64,000 bases of DNA from Antedon mediterranea. Taxonomy: Eukaryota > Animalia > Echinodermata. Below are positions 38,801 to 50,901 of the stretch, in pieces (the first letter of the stretch is position 1; each line of letters begins with the position of its first letter). The stretch covers positions 13,812,795 through 13,876,794 of the forward strand of contig NC_092670.1 in NCBI RefSeq assembly GCF_964355755.1, given 5' to 3'. The notes beneath the pieces are model-generated. The model saw only the letters and a list, made by a program, of their open reading frames with translations, had not been told where the DNA came from and ran no database searches. The position numbers and the translations under genes are program-made.

Positions 38801-41800
38801 GAGGCTTGTGTTCAGCAACGTCTGGTTCATGTACGTCTTACAGCTGTTCGTGTGTGGGATGCTACATTGGTACCTTCTGTGAAACTAGTAAGTTCCACTA
38901 TTAAGCTCTATCTACACTATCAAACTTTATGTGACAAAAAAATATGATGTGCCCATATATCGTATATTACACGATGAGGTCATGTCACATCACTATCGTA
39001 TTTGGGCACATCACACTTTTTTGTTAAAATAGTTTGATAGTGTAGACAGAACTTTAGTTAAAATATTGAAGCAAATAGTATGATTAATCAATGTTGATCA
39101 GATGATTTTCTGATGGTGATGAGATGAGTTCACCAACAGGCTCTTCAACAATATTAAGCCAATCACAACTATCTTACTTTGAGATTGAGGTATCATTGTA
39201 CCCCACTGCGGCCATTCATTAAGCACAATTATACACACTACGAGTGGACGACAATCATCTTAACTTAACATACATGTGTATAATAATTTCGTATTTTATG
39301 TTTTTAAGGAACCGATTCATGTGTAGCCTCTCCATGTCAAAATGCTGGAATATGCCAACTAGTTGCGAACTCATGTACCTCTTATTCGTGTGTGTGTCCT
39401 AACTGCTACACAGGAACTTTCTGCCAAACACGTGGGTCCATATTTTTGGTTCTAGTAATACTAGGCTTAATACAAAGAAATGTAATATAGACCAAGCATG
39501 GTAGGACATTGTTTTCTAGATCTGTAACTGAACTGAACTAAATGTTATAATACTATATCTAGAAATAGTATTAGGGATTTTTAACCTGAATTTCTATTAC
39601 TTTTTGCCTATGCTTTATTGTTATCTTAGTTAATTTTTCAACGTAATGAAAAAAGGTTTTACAAATACAGAACAGCACTGTAGTGATCTGTGTCGTTTTC
39701 GTATATCCAAGGATATCAATAGAATTTACTTAATTTTCACTAGTTCTCACTTTTTATTTGTCAGTTTTTATGACAAATAATAGTACTCATTTCAATAATA
39801 AAATAGTAAAATTCAATCTGTTTTTTTGTGTTTTCAGAGATTGATTATTGTACCGTGAGTAACCCATGTGTAAATGGAGCATGTTTCACTACAACGTGTC
39901 CAGACGTTGTGTGTGTTTGTGAACAGTGTTTTACTGGCGAATTCTGCACTATTCGTAAGTGTTTTACGCTCACAAATTATTTGACCAATCACAACTGAAG
40001 GACCATACGAACCTTCGCTTGTGATTGGTCAAATCGGTTGTTTTGCACGTAGGCCTATGTCGTCGTTTCGTTTCTTCCTGATGGAAATCAAGCGTTAGGA
40101 AGTCAACATTTAAGTAACCTCTAACAACTCGATTGTAAGGAAGATTGAAATAATATTCCTCTTCGGGAAAGAAAAATCAGACACAGACTCGGTAAAAAAA
40201 ATGTCTAATATTATTGGAATTATTGGTATTATCGTTTCTTTTTTCTTCCTTTCTTCTGCGATTTTTTCTACGGCTTTTAAATTCTAAGTTGTTGCTGTTA
40301 TATTTCTGATTTTTTATTCTGATTAAATTTTGTTAAAAGTTCTTTGTGTTTTTTTTTTTTGTGAGATTAAAATAAAATAGCAATCACATTCGAATCATTA
40401 CTAAAATAACTCTTACAAAAACAATTCTTGGTTATTTACAGCTGTAAGTGGGTGTGAAAATAACCTTTGCCAGAATGGAGGTGCATGCATACCTAATGCG
40501 AACTCATGCACAAGTTACACCTGCCAATGTCCTTCATGCTATGAAGGTTCCTTTTGTGAAACAGGTATGATAATTCTTCCAAATTAAATTATTTGTTATT
40601 AAGTTATTTAAATTTATTTATTTTAGCTAAAATTATTAAAATCAGCTGTAAAAATAATTAAACTGACTCGTTTTAGTCTAAAAGTATTGGAATCTGGATA
40701 TTTTTTGAGGAGTTTGTTTTCATTCTTCCATTCCTTTATTTTACTCAAAATGTATTTCAATAAAACAAGAAAAAGTACAAGAAAATTACCAAAAGGTATC
40801 AAACTTGATTAAATCAACTATTACCAGGTTTAGTTAGGCCTAAAATGAAACGTATTTCAATGATAGATTTTAATAATATGTATGAACATTTATTATACTT
40901 CTTTAGAGGTGAGTGGATGTACAATCAATGATCCCTGTGTAAATGGACTGTGCCTTGGTATAACTGGTTCTTGTCCATCAGTTTTCTGTGCCTGCGAATC
41001 CTGTTTTACAGGGGAATTCTGTACCACACGTAAGTTTAAACGATTATTATATATATAATATAATAGAATATAATATAGTATTTAGGCTTGTGTCCTCATT
41101 AAGACACGCATAAGGCACTTCATCCACGTACGTTTTAACTTGTCAGTCTGTCTTATTGTCTAGCTATCAATGTCTGTGACATGAATATGTGTCAGAATGG
41201 AGGAATGTGCGCCACAGTTCCAAGTGCGTGTTTGTCATTTACCTGCCAATGCTCTGCCTGCTTCAGTGGACCATTTTGTGAAGTTGGTGCGTATCACTTT
41301 ATTTTCTGTATGACAATAATTTAGCGTTTATAAAAATCTCATCCTTGTTAACACAATTGTTTTCACACTACGGAAAACGTATTTTTTTCTTTAAAAATTA
41401 TAATTAATTATAATTGATATCATTGCTACTCGTCGAATAATGTCTGTAACATCATAAATAGAGTATGGCATAATAACACCCATTTGTCAAAACGCAAATC
41501 TAACTTGTTAATGTTATGTGCATTTCACAAAATCTCACAAAGATGTAACTGCCCACTGCATATGTAAGGCAAATGCAGTTCTATACAATCTATATTTCAT
41601 TTATGTTGCGATGAAAGGAGTTCCTAATTAAAGGTAACTGTAGCATTTACTGCGTTCGGATCAATGATATGTAAATTTGCAAAATAATGATTGTGATAAC
41701 AGTTATTCCCAATAATAATAATATAAATGGTATCTAATTCTCAGCTCTTGAAGCATGTGACAATGACCTCTGTCTGAACGGAGGTACGTGCGTGGCCATG

Positions 41801-44800
41801 CCAGGTTCCTGTACATCGTATACGTGTACTTGTCCTTTGTGCTTTACTGGTGTACTTTGTCAAACAGGTAAGCAGTTGGACCTAACTTGACATACCATGA
41901 AAGAAATGCTCGTATTTTACATTTTAGACAGTCATTCTTGAAGTATTTTATGGATAAGAATTCATTATAAAAAAAAAGAATTATGTGGTTTAATTGGTCG
42001 TAGGGAAAATCTCTAAACAAAACAAGCTTTGCCCTTAGTCTCCATTTTGTTTGTATGTTGTTACTCCACCAGCGGTGTTCTGATTTTGTCTGCAGGGTGA
42101 TTCAACTGAAAGTATTATACAACCTATACTAACGACATCTAGAAAAGCCAAATTGTTCATTAAATAACAGTAACGATTGTATTTAAATGATAGCAAAAGA
42201 AGATTTATTATATAATAGGCAATCTTGTAGTATTACGAAAAACTGAACTTTGCTGATAATTTCGTTTTGTTGTTTTTATGTACAGCTGTAAATCCATGTA
42301 CCAATCATTTTTGTCAGAATGGTGGTATATGTTCAGTGGATCCTAATTCATGTACAAATTATATCTGTACATGCCCACTATGTTATTCTGGAACTTTCTG
42401 CACTACAAGTAAGTAAATAGCTCTTCTAACAAGTTTGTCCTCGTTGATGTCTGTTATACGCACAAGCAAGTTCAATACTAAAACAATACTAAAATCAGGT
42501 TTTGGTCTTTGGGCAAGAATTGAACTTTTACTCTATTAAACAATTTCCATAAATGAACGAATACATACATATGAATTGAATTGAATCGGAACTACAACTA
42601 CATTTAATAAACAAAATACAGTTTTAATTAGAACATCTTTAATTTACAATAAACCGTTTTGGAATAAAATCATCATCATCATCGTCCTTCTGTGCAGAAC
42701 CTTGTGTAGTCACATGACATACTGCTAAACTTGAAAGTCCAGTTCATTTAAAATACTTAAATATATAGTTGTTCTGTTAATAATGCATAAGTAGTAGTAA
42801 GAACATGCTCTTTACGGCAATGAGCCTGATTCAAAAAATCAAAAAATACTGATTGTCTAATTTTTGTTTAGAAATGAGTGCATGCGACAGTAATTCGTGT
42901 GCTAATGGAGCGGTTTGTGAACTTGTTCCAGGCTCGTGCACTCTGTACACGTGCGCTTGCACTGGATGTTTCATGGGAACACTCTGTGACACTCGTAAGT
43001 AGGCCTAATAATTACACTTAATAAATAGAAAAGAATAAGAACATTTGATTGAACTGTGCAAACTATTATGGTTGTGAAAATGACTTGACTTGCAATATAG
43101 TAGTCCCTATTCTGAATTTATACAGCATTTTGACATCTCGTCACACTTCATTGCTTATCAGATCCGAAAGTTCATTGTTTGTCTACAAAACATAGGTCTA
43201 AGGCGACATTTACGGATTTCGCTCCCTGCGAGTGAAACCATTTATTGTAGGCGACGATTGTACACTGCGTAGTCCATGGGAGGTTGTTATACAATGAAAG
43301 AAGCGTTTTAATATATGCATCTTTATTAGCGGCCTACTTCATAAAAATTACGTTGCTATAACAGATCTGCTCGCAGTCTTGAACTTTTCAATTTCTAATA
43401 TATATAATATTTTTTTCAACATCATCCAGTAGCAATCAATGTTGCCCATAAAACATTATAAAACTACTTCATGTTAACATGTTAGATGTCTTATTTTTCA
43501 GCATTCACTGCATGCACAAACCACCAATGCCAGAATAATGGGTTATGTGTCGAAGTATCAGGTTCATGCACGAATTACAACTGTGCATGCACAGACTGTT
43601 TTACCGGGACATTCTGTCAAACGCGTATGTATTTTAGAGAAGAATTAAATATCAAATATAAGATAATAATGTGTGGCCTATCACAGGCTGTATAGGCCTA
43701 CTGTATGTGTGGCATATGAATTTGCTTAGATCCACGTAAAATATTTTAATTCTTTGTTTAATAAGTTATTGTTTTCAAACGTGTCATAACACATTTTAAA
43801 TTATAAAAATTACAGGAGAAAACCGAAATATGATTCAACGTTTTTATAATTTTCGAAGTGTTTTGGTATTTTTAATTTCTATGAATTATATATAAAATAA
43901 TAATAAGATTTTTATAGCGCACATACCACTCAAGAGTGCTCAAGGAGCATTTAAAAAATAAAAAACAAATCATACAAATTCCTGAAAAATAAAGTGCAAT
44001 TTCTTTGGAGGGTCCCCATCCGTTCTCGTTCTGTCGTGGTCCCGGACCCCTACCTAGGTGACCAAACAAAGGAGCAGGATACACATTTGCCTTGCCACAG
44101 ACGACCAGGTGCTCAGAGACAACAACCAAGACATATATATAATATATTTATTTGAATATCATAAAACAATAATGATTTATATTTTGTTCAGAGATGAATC
44201 CATGTGCTGATAACCCTTGTGTAAATGGAGGTGTATGTTCAGTTGTCACAGGCTCTTGTACTCAGTTCACGTGCGCATGCCCAACCTGTTATACTGGAGA
44301 TCGTTGTCAAAACTGTAAGTTGATTTATTTTGTCCCCAAAAGAGAAACATGTTACGTTAGTAGCAGGCTCTTTCAATATGTTATTCCATGTGTATGTTGT
44401 TCCAACTCGGACGAAACTTAAAGACGTAAGACCGCCACAATGTATTTAACCAATCACAAACAATGGATCATTTGAACTGTCGCTTGATATTGGTCAACTC
44501 ACTTGCGGTGTATTTATTTCGCTACGTTATCGAAATTATGTATTCTTTATTTAAAAGGTGAATATTAAGTGGACTAGATTGTACTGAAAATTGAATTAGT
44601 GTTTTACGGATTTTGTTTATAGTGTATGATCCATGCCAATTTTCTTTATGCTCAAATGGAGGAGTGTGCAGACCATCTGCTGGTAATTGTTTGTCGTTTC
44701 AATGTGAATGTACCGCATGTTTTACGGGAGCCTTATGTACTACAGGTAAGTTTGACAACAAAACAATGCTATTATATATATTATTATATAGGTCTAACAT

Positions 44801-47800
44801 TGTAATTTATCTTAAAAGTTAGCATTCTTTACTTTCCATGTAACAGTTATGTTCTAAAAAGGCCAAGTGCCTGAGTCGTAAGTTTTAGGTGAGGAAAGCT
44901 ACGCTTCAAGTCGTTATAGTCTTGTTTATGCTGTTAGTATTCCTCGGGCGCCACCAGTCGGCATAATATACATATGACACGCTACGTGTGCCAAATGTTT
45001 ATATTGTTACCAATACTAAGCCAAATCGCCGCCTAGTACCAACTAAGGCCTAAATACAATGTGTGCTTTACATTTTGTTCGCATATCGCATAACTAACAT
45101 TGTTGTTTTTAAAGAGAGTAATATTTGTGAGGGGAACGTATGTATGAATGGAGCAACCTGCCTCTCCACGTCATGTACTTCTTATGTGTGCGTATGTCCT
45201 GCTTGCTATAGTGGAGCCCTCTGTCAAACAGGTTAGTTTATTATGTTATAAGCCAATAATTCCGAACGCATAATCACACCATTCGTTTTAATGCACCTTA
45301 ATATTACCTTACAATGTTTAAACTATGTTAATATTAGGAGGCGATTTGAATTTCTTTTCATTAGTTCTTGACCATTTTTGTCGCTCCACATTGACAGCTT
45401 GAAATAATTGATGGACTATTTTTAATATTTATGTTTAAAAGACTATTAATATATGTTAGGTTTCCCTCTTTTGTAAGTAAAACATCACATAGATACTGTA
45501 GATTAGTCAACTTGGTCTTTTATTCTGTGGTCTACAAAAGGTAACATTACGTTAACCAAAATAATCTGTACTGACTAGATACAATAAGACGCGATCTTAT
45601 CCCGGGGTTATTAGGCCTACTTGAATTGTGTTATTCTGTCGGTTTTTTATGATCTTAATTTTCTTTCTTTGCGTTGTTTAGAAAACTTGATTGAAGCAAT
45701 TTCGTCAACCATTACCTTATCAAAACTTTTGTCGAATGAGAAATCATTTGTTGTCTTGTTTTATTTATTTTTAGGTATGGATCCATGTGCCAGCCACGAA
45801 TGTAACAACGGTGGAATATGCTCCCCGGTACCAGACTCTTGTACCGATTACACGTGCATATGCCCTTCGTGTTTCATTGGGAGTCTGTGTCAGACTGGTG
45901 AGTGCTCTATAATAGTTACCATAATATATTTGTTCACACGTGTTAAGAAACGTGCATAAAACGGATTTAAGCTAATCCGAATAATTTACCTTCGCCAAGG
46001 AGGTATATGTAATCGATCGCGTGTGTTTGTTTGCCTGTCTGTTTGTTTTTTAGCAGGATTACTCAAAAAGTAATTACAAGATCTTTACCAAAATGAATGT
46101 ACAGATAAATATGTGGTCAAGGACCATACCATTAAATTTTGGGACCATTTCGGATCACGGTCCCAATTCTGGACCACTTTTTTATATACTTTTCAGACCT
46201 GCTAGTGTTAAAAGATAGGACAGAATTTTTCAAAAGCCGGCGAGCAGTCTTAAAGTGAAATTGAATTTTCTCGAGAACTACTTGTCAAAAAAACTTCATT
46301 TTTGTACAAGAGGCAAGAGTTAAAATTTGTGATTTGAAATTTTGAAACATAATTTGATTTAATGTGCACGTTCTTTTGATGCCAGTAACTATTTCTTTTC
46401 AAATTCACTCGTTTGATTTTGGCGTTACTGTTCTATTGTTAGTCAACTGAAGCTATTGTTAATTGAAAGGATTGTTACATAACCATTACACCAAACTCGC
46501 ATACACAAGCTTGTAGTGAAATTAGCCTAAATCACAAGCAGCGTTAAGACACACACACATAAAATTATTATATATAATTTTTTTTTACCGGAGAAATCCT
46601 ATGTAGGAGAATTTTACAGTAGGTGGAGGTATGCACACTCGGAGTGGCTTTCTAGTTCATACTACATTCGTGTCGTAAACTCCAATAAAACTACAATTTT
46701 CCAGGTGTATACCCGATGTAACGTTAGACCACAAGATTTACTATGTGTTTTAACTCACGATAGGGAATATAGAGAGTGTAAACAGATTTAAACTAAAGAC
46801 CGTCTTGATAACGCCGATGACGTAAACAATTATTATTATTTGCTTATTGATTTATAATTAGCTTCTTTAATTGTATTAATCTTGATTTGTTTTTAAGGTT
46901 AATGTTTTATTATGAAAGGTTTGCAAAATTCAAACAAGCATTAATTTAAAACTATGTTTTATTCATAGCAATCGATGGATGTTTCCAACGAACCTGTTTC
47001 AATGGAGGTACATGTGTACCGGACCAGGCAGTGTGTTCCTTATCCACATGCTCGTGCACCTCCTGCTTCACTGGTACAGACTGTGAACTTGGTAGGTATA
47101 CGAATTTCATAACGTTTAGTTTTCTAATGCAAACCGGGCAATCCCTTCTTATTATGAAAAGGAAATCTGACAAGAATAAGTAATAGCGACCTTCTGTTTC
47201 ACGATGCACCACTAGACTAAACGCACCTATTGAGTACAAAATTCATTCTTTACATCCTCATACGACGACAGCTACATAGACAAGTGGCGAATTGTGAAAA
47301 AGAAGCTTTCTAATTGTAAAATACGATAACAGACGTAATGCAAACCCCTTGGTGCGTTCAGGTTTAGATATTACGCGAACGGCTTACGGGCAAAAATATA
47401 ATCACAAATGATAGTTCAGAAGATCCGTCGGTTTGATGATTGATCAAACTATATGCGTTGCGTCCTAGTTGGAACCAAACTGCAGTGTGTGAATACCCTG
47501 TTATTTGTGTGATAGTAATCGCTAAATTTTCTCTCATTCCAGCTGTAAACCCGTGTGAAAACCACAACTGTATGAACGGCGGAGCTTGTGTTCAGACACC
47601 AGGTGTATGTGATAGCTATACATGCATGTGCCCTGAATGTTACACTGGTGAATTCTGCCAATACCATTCTTGTAAGTAATTGATCATTTTATATAATGAA
47701 ACTTTTAAAATGATAACTCAATAGGACATAAGCGTGTTTAAGAAATTGGTCTCATTTGAAATTTCATTTTTCATTTAAAAAAACCCTAAAAAAATTAATG

Positions 47801-50800
47801 TTATCAAATAATTATACATTGTCATTTGCTGTAAGCCATGGTGTTATACATTTTCTATCTATTTTTAGCCAATATTCTCCAGTTCAACGTGTGTGGAGCT
47901 TCTCCCTGTTTGAATGGGGCTGAATGTTACGCAAGCTACTTCAGTACAAGCACAAATGAAATAAGTTCCGACTATAGCTGCCGCTGTCAGGTTGGGTACA
48001 CAGGGCAGAATTGCTTGTTCACAACCGGTAAGATAATCGAATACATCCAGTATAATCATAATAATAATAATGTGCCTATTTACCGTAATGGTAGCGAATA
48101 AATTATTTTCAACGCTGCTTTCCTTTCTACATTCTTCAAAATGTTCTGTTCTCAGCATCAGCTGATGGTAGAACAAGTCTTCTCGAAAAAACATTTATAA
48201 ACTGGGGGCCATGTGTACTTTATAGAACCCAGCTTTCCGAATTGTAAGATACTATTTACTCAAAATTATGTTCTGTACAGTAAAAAAAAAGTTTTCTTAC
48301 AGGTCAACTGCCTACGAGTGATGCATGTGCCACTGCCAATCCATGTTTCAACGGTGGAACTTGTAGGAATCTCTACAATAGCTACGATAGCTCTATAAAA
48401 TACGTATGCGCATGTCCATTCGGATACAGTGGACAGGATTGTGAGCAACAAGGCAAGTATATATATAGGCTCCATTTTGTTGTATCCTATATTAATTAAG
48501 ACTATGGCATGAAACCGAGATAATTACATTTTCATAATTTTTTTTATTAGTATTCAAGTTTAAACAGTTTAAAATGAATACAAAAATACAAAATAAATAA
48601 GTTTGTTGAAATTAGTTTAACATTGACTTTGAGTTAGGGTAAGATAAAATGAGAAAATGCAAGCATTATAAAGTGTCTATGCAGTATCAAAACTGCCTCA
48701 ACTGGGAAAAAAGAAAATCAGATCTTGCAACATATATCAAAATCTACGAAAAAGGAACTCAACCATGGATAACTCAGAAAAAAACATTATCAACAGATAT
48801 CAAAACTGTATAGTTTAAACAGTTATTCTTTCCAAGCCATAGTAAGCTTATTTTTGCCACACTAATTACATAATGCTTTTAAAACGTTTTAATCACCTTT
48901 TCCCTCACCAATTGACACTTTTTATTCGATTGATTATATTTTAAAGTTAATACTGTGGGACGCCGTAGAAGAGATGCCAATCAAGAAAACGAAAAAGGTA
49001 AAATAATATATTTTTCTTCTTCATCAAGACTAAATTTTTAGTTCATAATTATAAGATTGGGAAATAGTCTTGCAACAATTCGTGTAAGAGATTCAGATTT
49101 CTCAACGCGGACTTTTTAGTCATTTGTATACCCTGTATTATTTCTTTTTTTACCAATTCAATATAAACTAGCAGTCTTAATGAAAGAAGATAAGGATTGA
49201 AGGATACAACATCACTTCCGTCTTCTTTTTTTTCAGTTAACGTTTATAAATCTAATCTTTAAAAAAAAGAATCAGCTTATTCAATTCACAGTACCGTAAT
49301 GAATGTATGGATGCAACATGATTATAATATGAATTCAGATTACTCTTTATTTTTGGAGTATTTTCTCCTGTTTATTCGTCATAGTCGCATTTGAATAATA
49401 TTAAGCCACACTACATGTTTAAGTGATGTTCTTTGGAAATTAATTTATTTTAGATGAATGTCAGTGTGTACATGGTGCCTGTATTCTCGGTGACATTGGA
49501 AATAAGTCGTATTGTTCATGCAACGAAGGGTATACTGGGAAACACTGTGATACACGTAAGTAACATAACACAATGTATCTCCACAATAATGTTACATAAT
49601 ATCCGGAGTAATCTCTATAAAGAAATGGACAGTCCATTCGAATCATCACGATCGCCTCTCGACAACAAGGTAAAGAGATAAACATAATTTAGACTTCAAA
49701 CAATCTTTCAAGATTCAATTTTGAGTCAAATTGACTAGTAATTATTCTAAACCATTTTAAAACACCGTGGCCATGTTCTATTCACACTGTTGATCTCACC
49801 ATTCATTAACAGTGCTGCACTTGCAATAACCACTCACCCTAAAGCTCGGTTCCTAATTGGACGCATCGCAATTTGGTCAAAGTTCAGGTGATCCATCGCC
49901 ACATTATTGGTCAATTTTATTTACTTGCGTTGCGTAGGAACCTAGCTTACCATTATTAATATCACACCCACTCTACCAATTCAGATTCAGATTCAGATAA
50001 CATTTATTCAGATAATAATGAATATATGAACGTATACAAAATAGAAAAAAGATATTAAAGTGAAAATAGATAAAGCAGTAATTGGTAGTCATTATTATCA
50101 TGGATCCCTTCTAGAAGTTAAAACTTGTCTCGCAGGGACCCACAAACAAAACACATTACTAAAAATATAAAATAAACCTAGAGTATATAATTATATAATT
50201 GTTGATAAGATTTACAGTATAATAATAACTAACATCTTCTTTATCAAAATTATTTAAAATTATATTTCTATATTTTCATGATATAAATGAAATAAGTACC
50301 GAATATTGGTAAATGAAAAAAATATATACACATATACATATAAATACATATACACATACATACATATGGTTACAATAATTGGATGGAGTAAGTATAGATT
50401 AAATATTGCAATAATAAACAACTAATATAATACCACACCCACTCTACCCATACCACACTACTACAGTACTAACAAAGCGGTGTTATTAAAATTAAAATTT
50501 AAACCACATAAAGTAACTCTAGATATGTTTTGTAATAAATTAAAAACTTTTAATATACGTAAAAGAAAATCAATGAAGTAATAGGTAGGCCTATAATAAT
50601 TATAGTAATAAAAATTAGGCCTAATTGAAATATTTTGCAGTTTCTACTATTTCCACCTAGGCCTTATTTTGAATAAAATAAAACGTTCAGTACTACATTA
50701 TAAATTGTAATTTTGACAATAGTGATAATAGCAATACTATAAATGACACGAATAATAATGTTTTGCATTTTAGATATGGTTGTTGACAACATAATAACCG

Positions 50801-50901
50801 ATATGTGGATCGTTGCTCTGGCCATCATGATGTTTGTTATCGTTATTCTTCTCATTGCCCTCTATAGTTTAATTTCGAAGATTGTTGGTCCTTCAAAATA
50901 A
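17805..50901 (+). CDS. Large multi-EGF type-I membrane protein (~1,930 aa): signal peptide, 44 EGF (37 of 8-Cys type), furin site, EGF, TM
   Basis: 46 exons, all introns phase 1: 17805-17874 ([21 protein letters not shown] signal), 20617-20844, 21171-21305, 21925-22044, 22562-22684, 23359-23484, 23923-24045, 24487-24609, 24811-24933, 25196-25318, 28019-28138, 28457-28585, 29033-29155, 29676-29795, 30262-30387, 31137-31259, 31536-31658, 32217-32339, 34821-34943, 35214-35336, 35729-35845, 36146-36265, 36558-36677, 37065-37187, 37804-38049, 38765-38887, 39309-39431, 39838-39954, 40442-40564, 40907-41029, 41164-41286, 41745-41867, 42286-42408, 42872-42994, 43502-43624, 44192-44314, 44623-44745, 45115-45231, 45775-45897, 46969-47091, 47543-47671, 47869-48027, 48303-48452 (GC donor), 48947-48997 (VGRRRRDA), 49454-49555, 50774-50901 ([25 protein letters not shown]). 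No in-frame stops. Confidence 0.88.
19288..19462 (-). mobile_element. RTE-clade LINE 3' fragment
   Basis: Minus strand [38 protein letters not shown], with a (GAC)n tail. Confidence 0.6.
19480..20006 (+). mobile_element. CR1/L2-type LINE 3' fragment
   Basis: Degenerate [10 protein letters not shown]...HGYSTR...[14 protein letters not shown], typical of an ORF2 C-terminus, followed by a 3' UTR and an (AAAT)n tail. Confidence 0.65.
24048..24205. repeat. Intronic ~18-bp minisatellite (AAAGAAAGAAAGAACTGT)n
   Basis: About 8 imperfect copies directly after an exon donor. Confidence 0.85.
25648..27694. mobile_element. Foldback / Mutator-like non-autonomous DNA transposon with tandem-repeat TIRs
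   Basis: Left arm (GGACAACTACCCCC)n at 25650-26325 and right arm inverted (GGGGGTAGTTGTCC)n at 27450-27694. Flanked by the direct repeat GTAGTAAGTC(G) at 25638 and 27695. Confidence 0.85.
26961..27387. mobile_element. Nested Mutator-like MITE with internal 22-bp tandem array
   Basis: Perfect TIR GGGTGTTTCGAAACTAGAGACCCGAGACCAGAGACC; 9-bp TSD GTTAAAAAC (26952-26960 / 27388-27396); internal (ATACGAAAAGGGAGACCCAAAT)n. Confidence 0.9.
30680..30900. repeat. Long inverted repeat (palindromic MITE)
   Basis: AGTCAAAATAACAATAGTGAGGCATTTAATGGATAG...AAAATGTGACATGTTT is inverted as AAACATGTCACATTTT...CTATCCATTAAATGCCTCACTATAGTTATTTTGACT. Confidence 0.75.
32839..32882 (-). ncRNA. Minimal type I hammerhead ribozyme (Penelope pLTR)
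   Basis: Reverse complement is GCAA-CUGAAGA-A-GUC-AAGCUGACAGCUA-GAC-GAAA-CUG-UC-UUGC: intact CUGANGA/GAAA/UC core, stems I and II, minimal stem III. Confidence 0.75.
32892..34079 (-). CDS. Penelope reverse transcriptase (C-terminal half) + GIY-YIG endonuclease, 5'-truncated
   Basis: [82 protein letters not shown]; open to the stop codon. Confidence 0.9.
   Translation of the reverse strand, partial: TYFSFRGDIYQQNSGMAMGSPCSPIVANLFMEWLENEAITTAHTDIKPRMWKRYVDDIITILPKDATQPLLQHLNKIDDDINFTCEEMSLTDNSIPFLDTLILVDGEGNINTKVFRKATHTNQYLDFNSHHPLQHKLSVIRTLLHRCNTIITNNPDKQNETEMIHTSLKQCNYPTWTIRKVQRNLDKQKTDKQPETEDIRGSISIPYIQGLSEKIKRTFKKYNIRTYFKPSNKIKNLIVRPKDKACKEDSCGVVYKVGCTNCEMVYIGETGRALKTRIKEHKKDVEENTQNMQTRASRKVSSSILHKSAITDHMTTHNHIPNWDKIEILHKEQVWLKRKIKESISIRKQNKNTKMNRDEGAHQLSHIYDQLLTTTGPLGYTTKSSSGWKGDQSAP
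34543..34586 (+). ncRNA. Minimal type I hammerhead ribozyme (Penelope pLTR), sense to host pre-mRNA
   Basis: GCAACTGAAGAAGTCAAGCTGACAGCTAGACGAAACTGTCTTGC; identical to the 32839-32882 copy. Confidence 0.75.
38904..39053. mobile_element. Harbinger-type MITE family B
   Basis: TIR AGCTCTATCTACACTATCAAACT / AGTTTGATAGTGTAGACAGAACT with TTA TSD; a partial copy lies at ~51942-52040. Confidence 0.8.
45985..46656 (+). mobile_element. Helentron/HINE (DINE-1-like) non-autonomous element
   Basis: 5' TTTACCTTCGCCAAGGAGGT followed by a GTTT/GTCT microsatellite; 3' subterminal inverted GGTGGAGGT, hairpin CACTCGGAGTG, then TTTCTAGTT. Confidence 0.7.
49978..50433 (-). mobile_element. Non-LTR retrotransposon 3' UTR fragment with TSD
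   Basis: 15-bp direct repeat CACACCCACTCTACC at 49963-49977 and 50434-50448; (TGAATC)n tail on the minus strand. Confidence 0.7.

Noticed and set aside
49454-49555. EGFR-ligand-like juxtamembrane EGF
   Set aside because: C1-C2 spacing is only one residue and the conserved Arg before C6 is His.
17805-50901. Notch, Delta/Serrate, Crumbs or fibropellin identity for the multi-EGF gene
   Set aside because: No LNR/ankyrin, DSL, LamG, CUB or avidin exons were found, Ca-binding EGF consensus is absent and the cytoplasmic tail is tiny; no symbol assigned.
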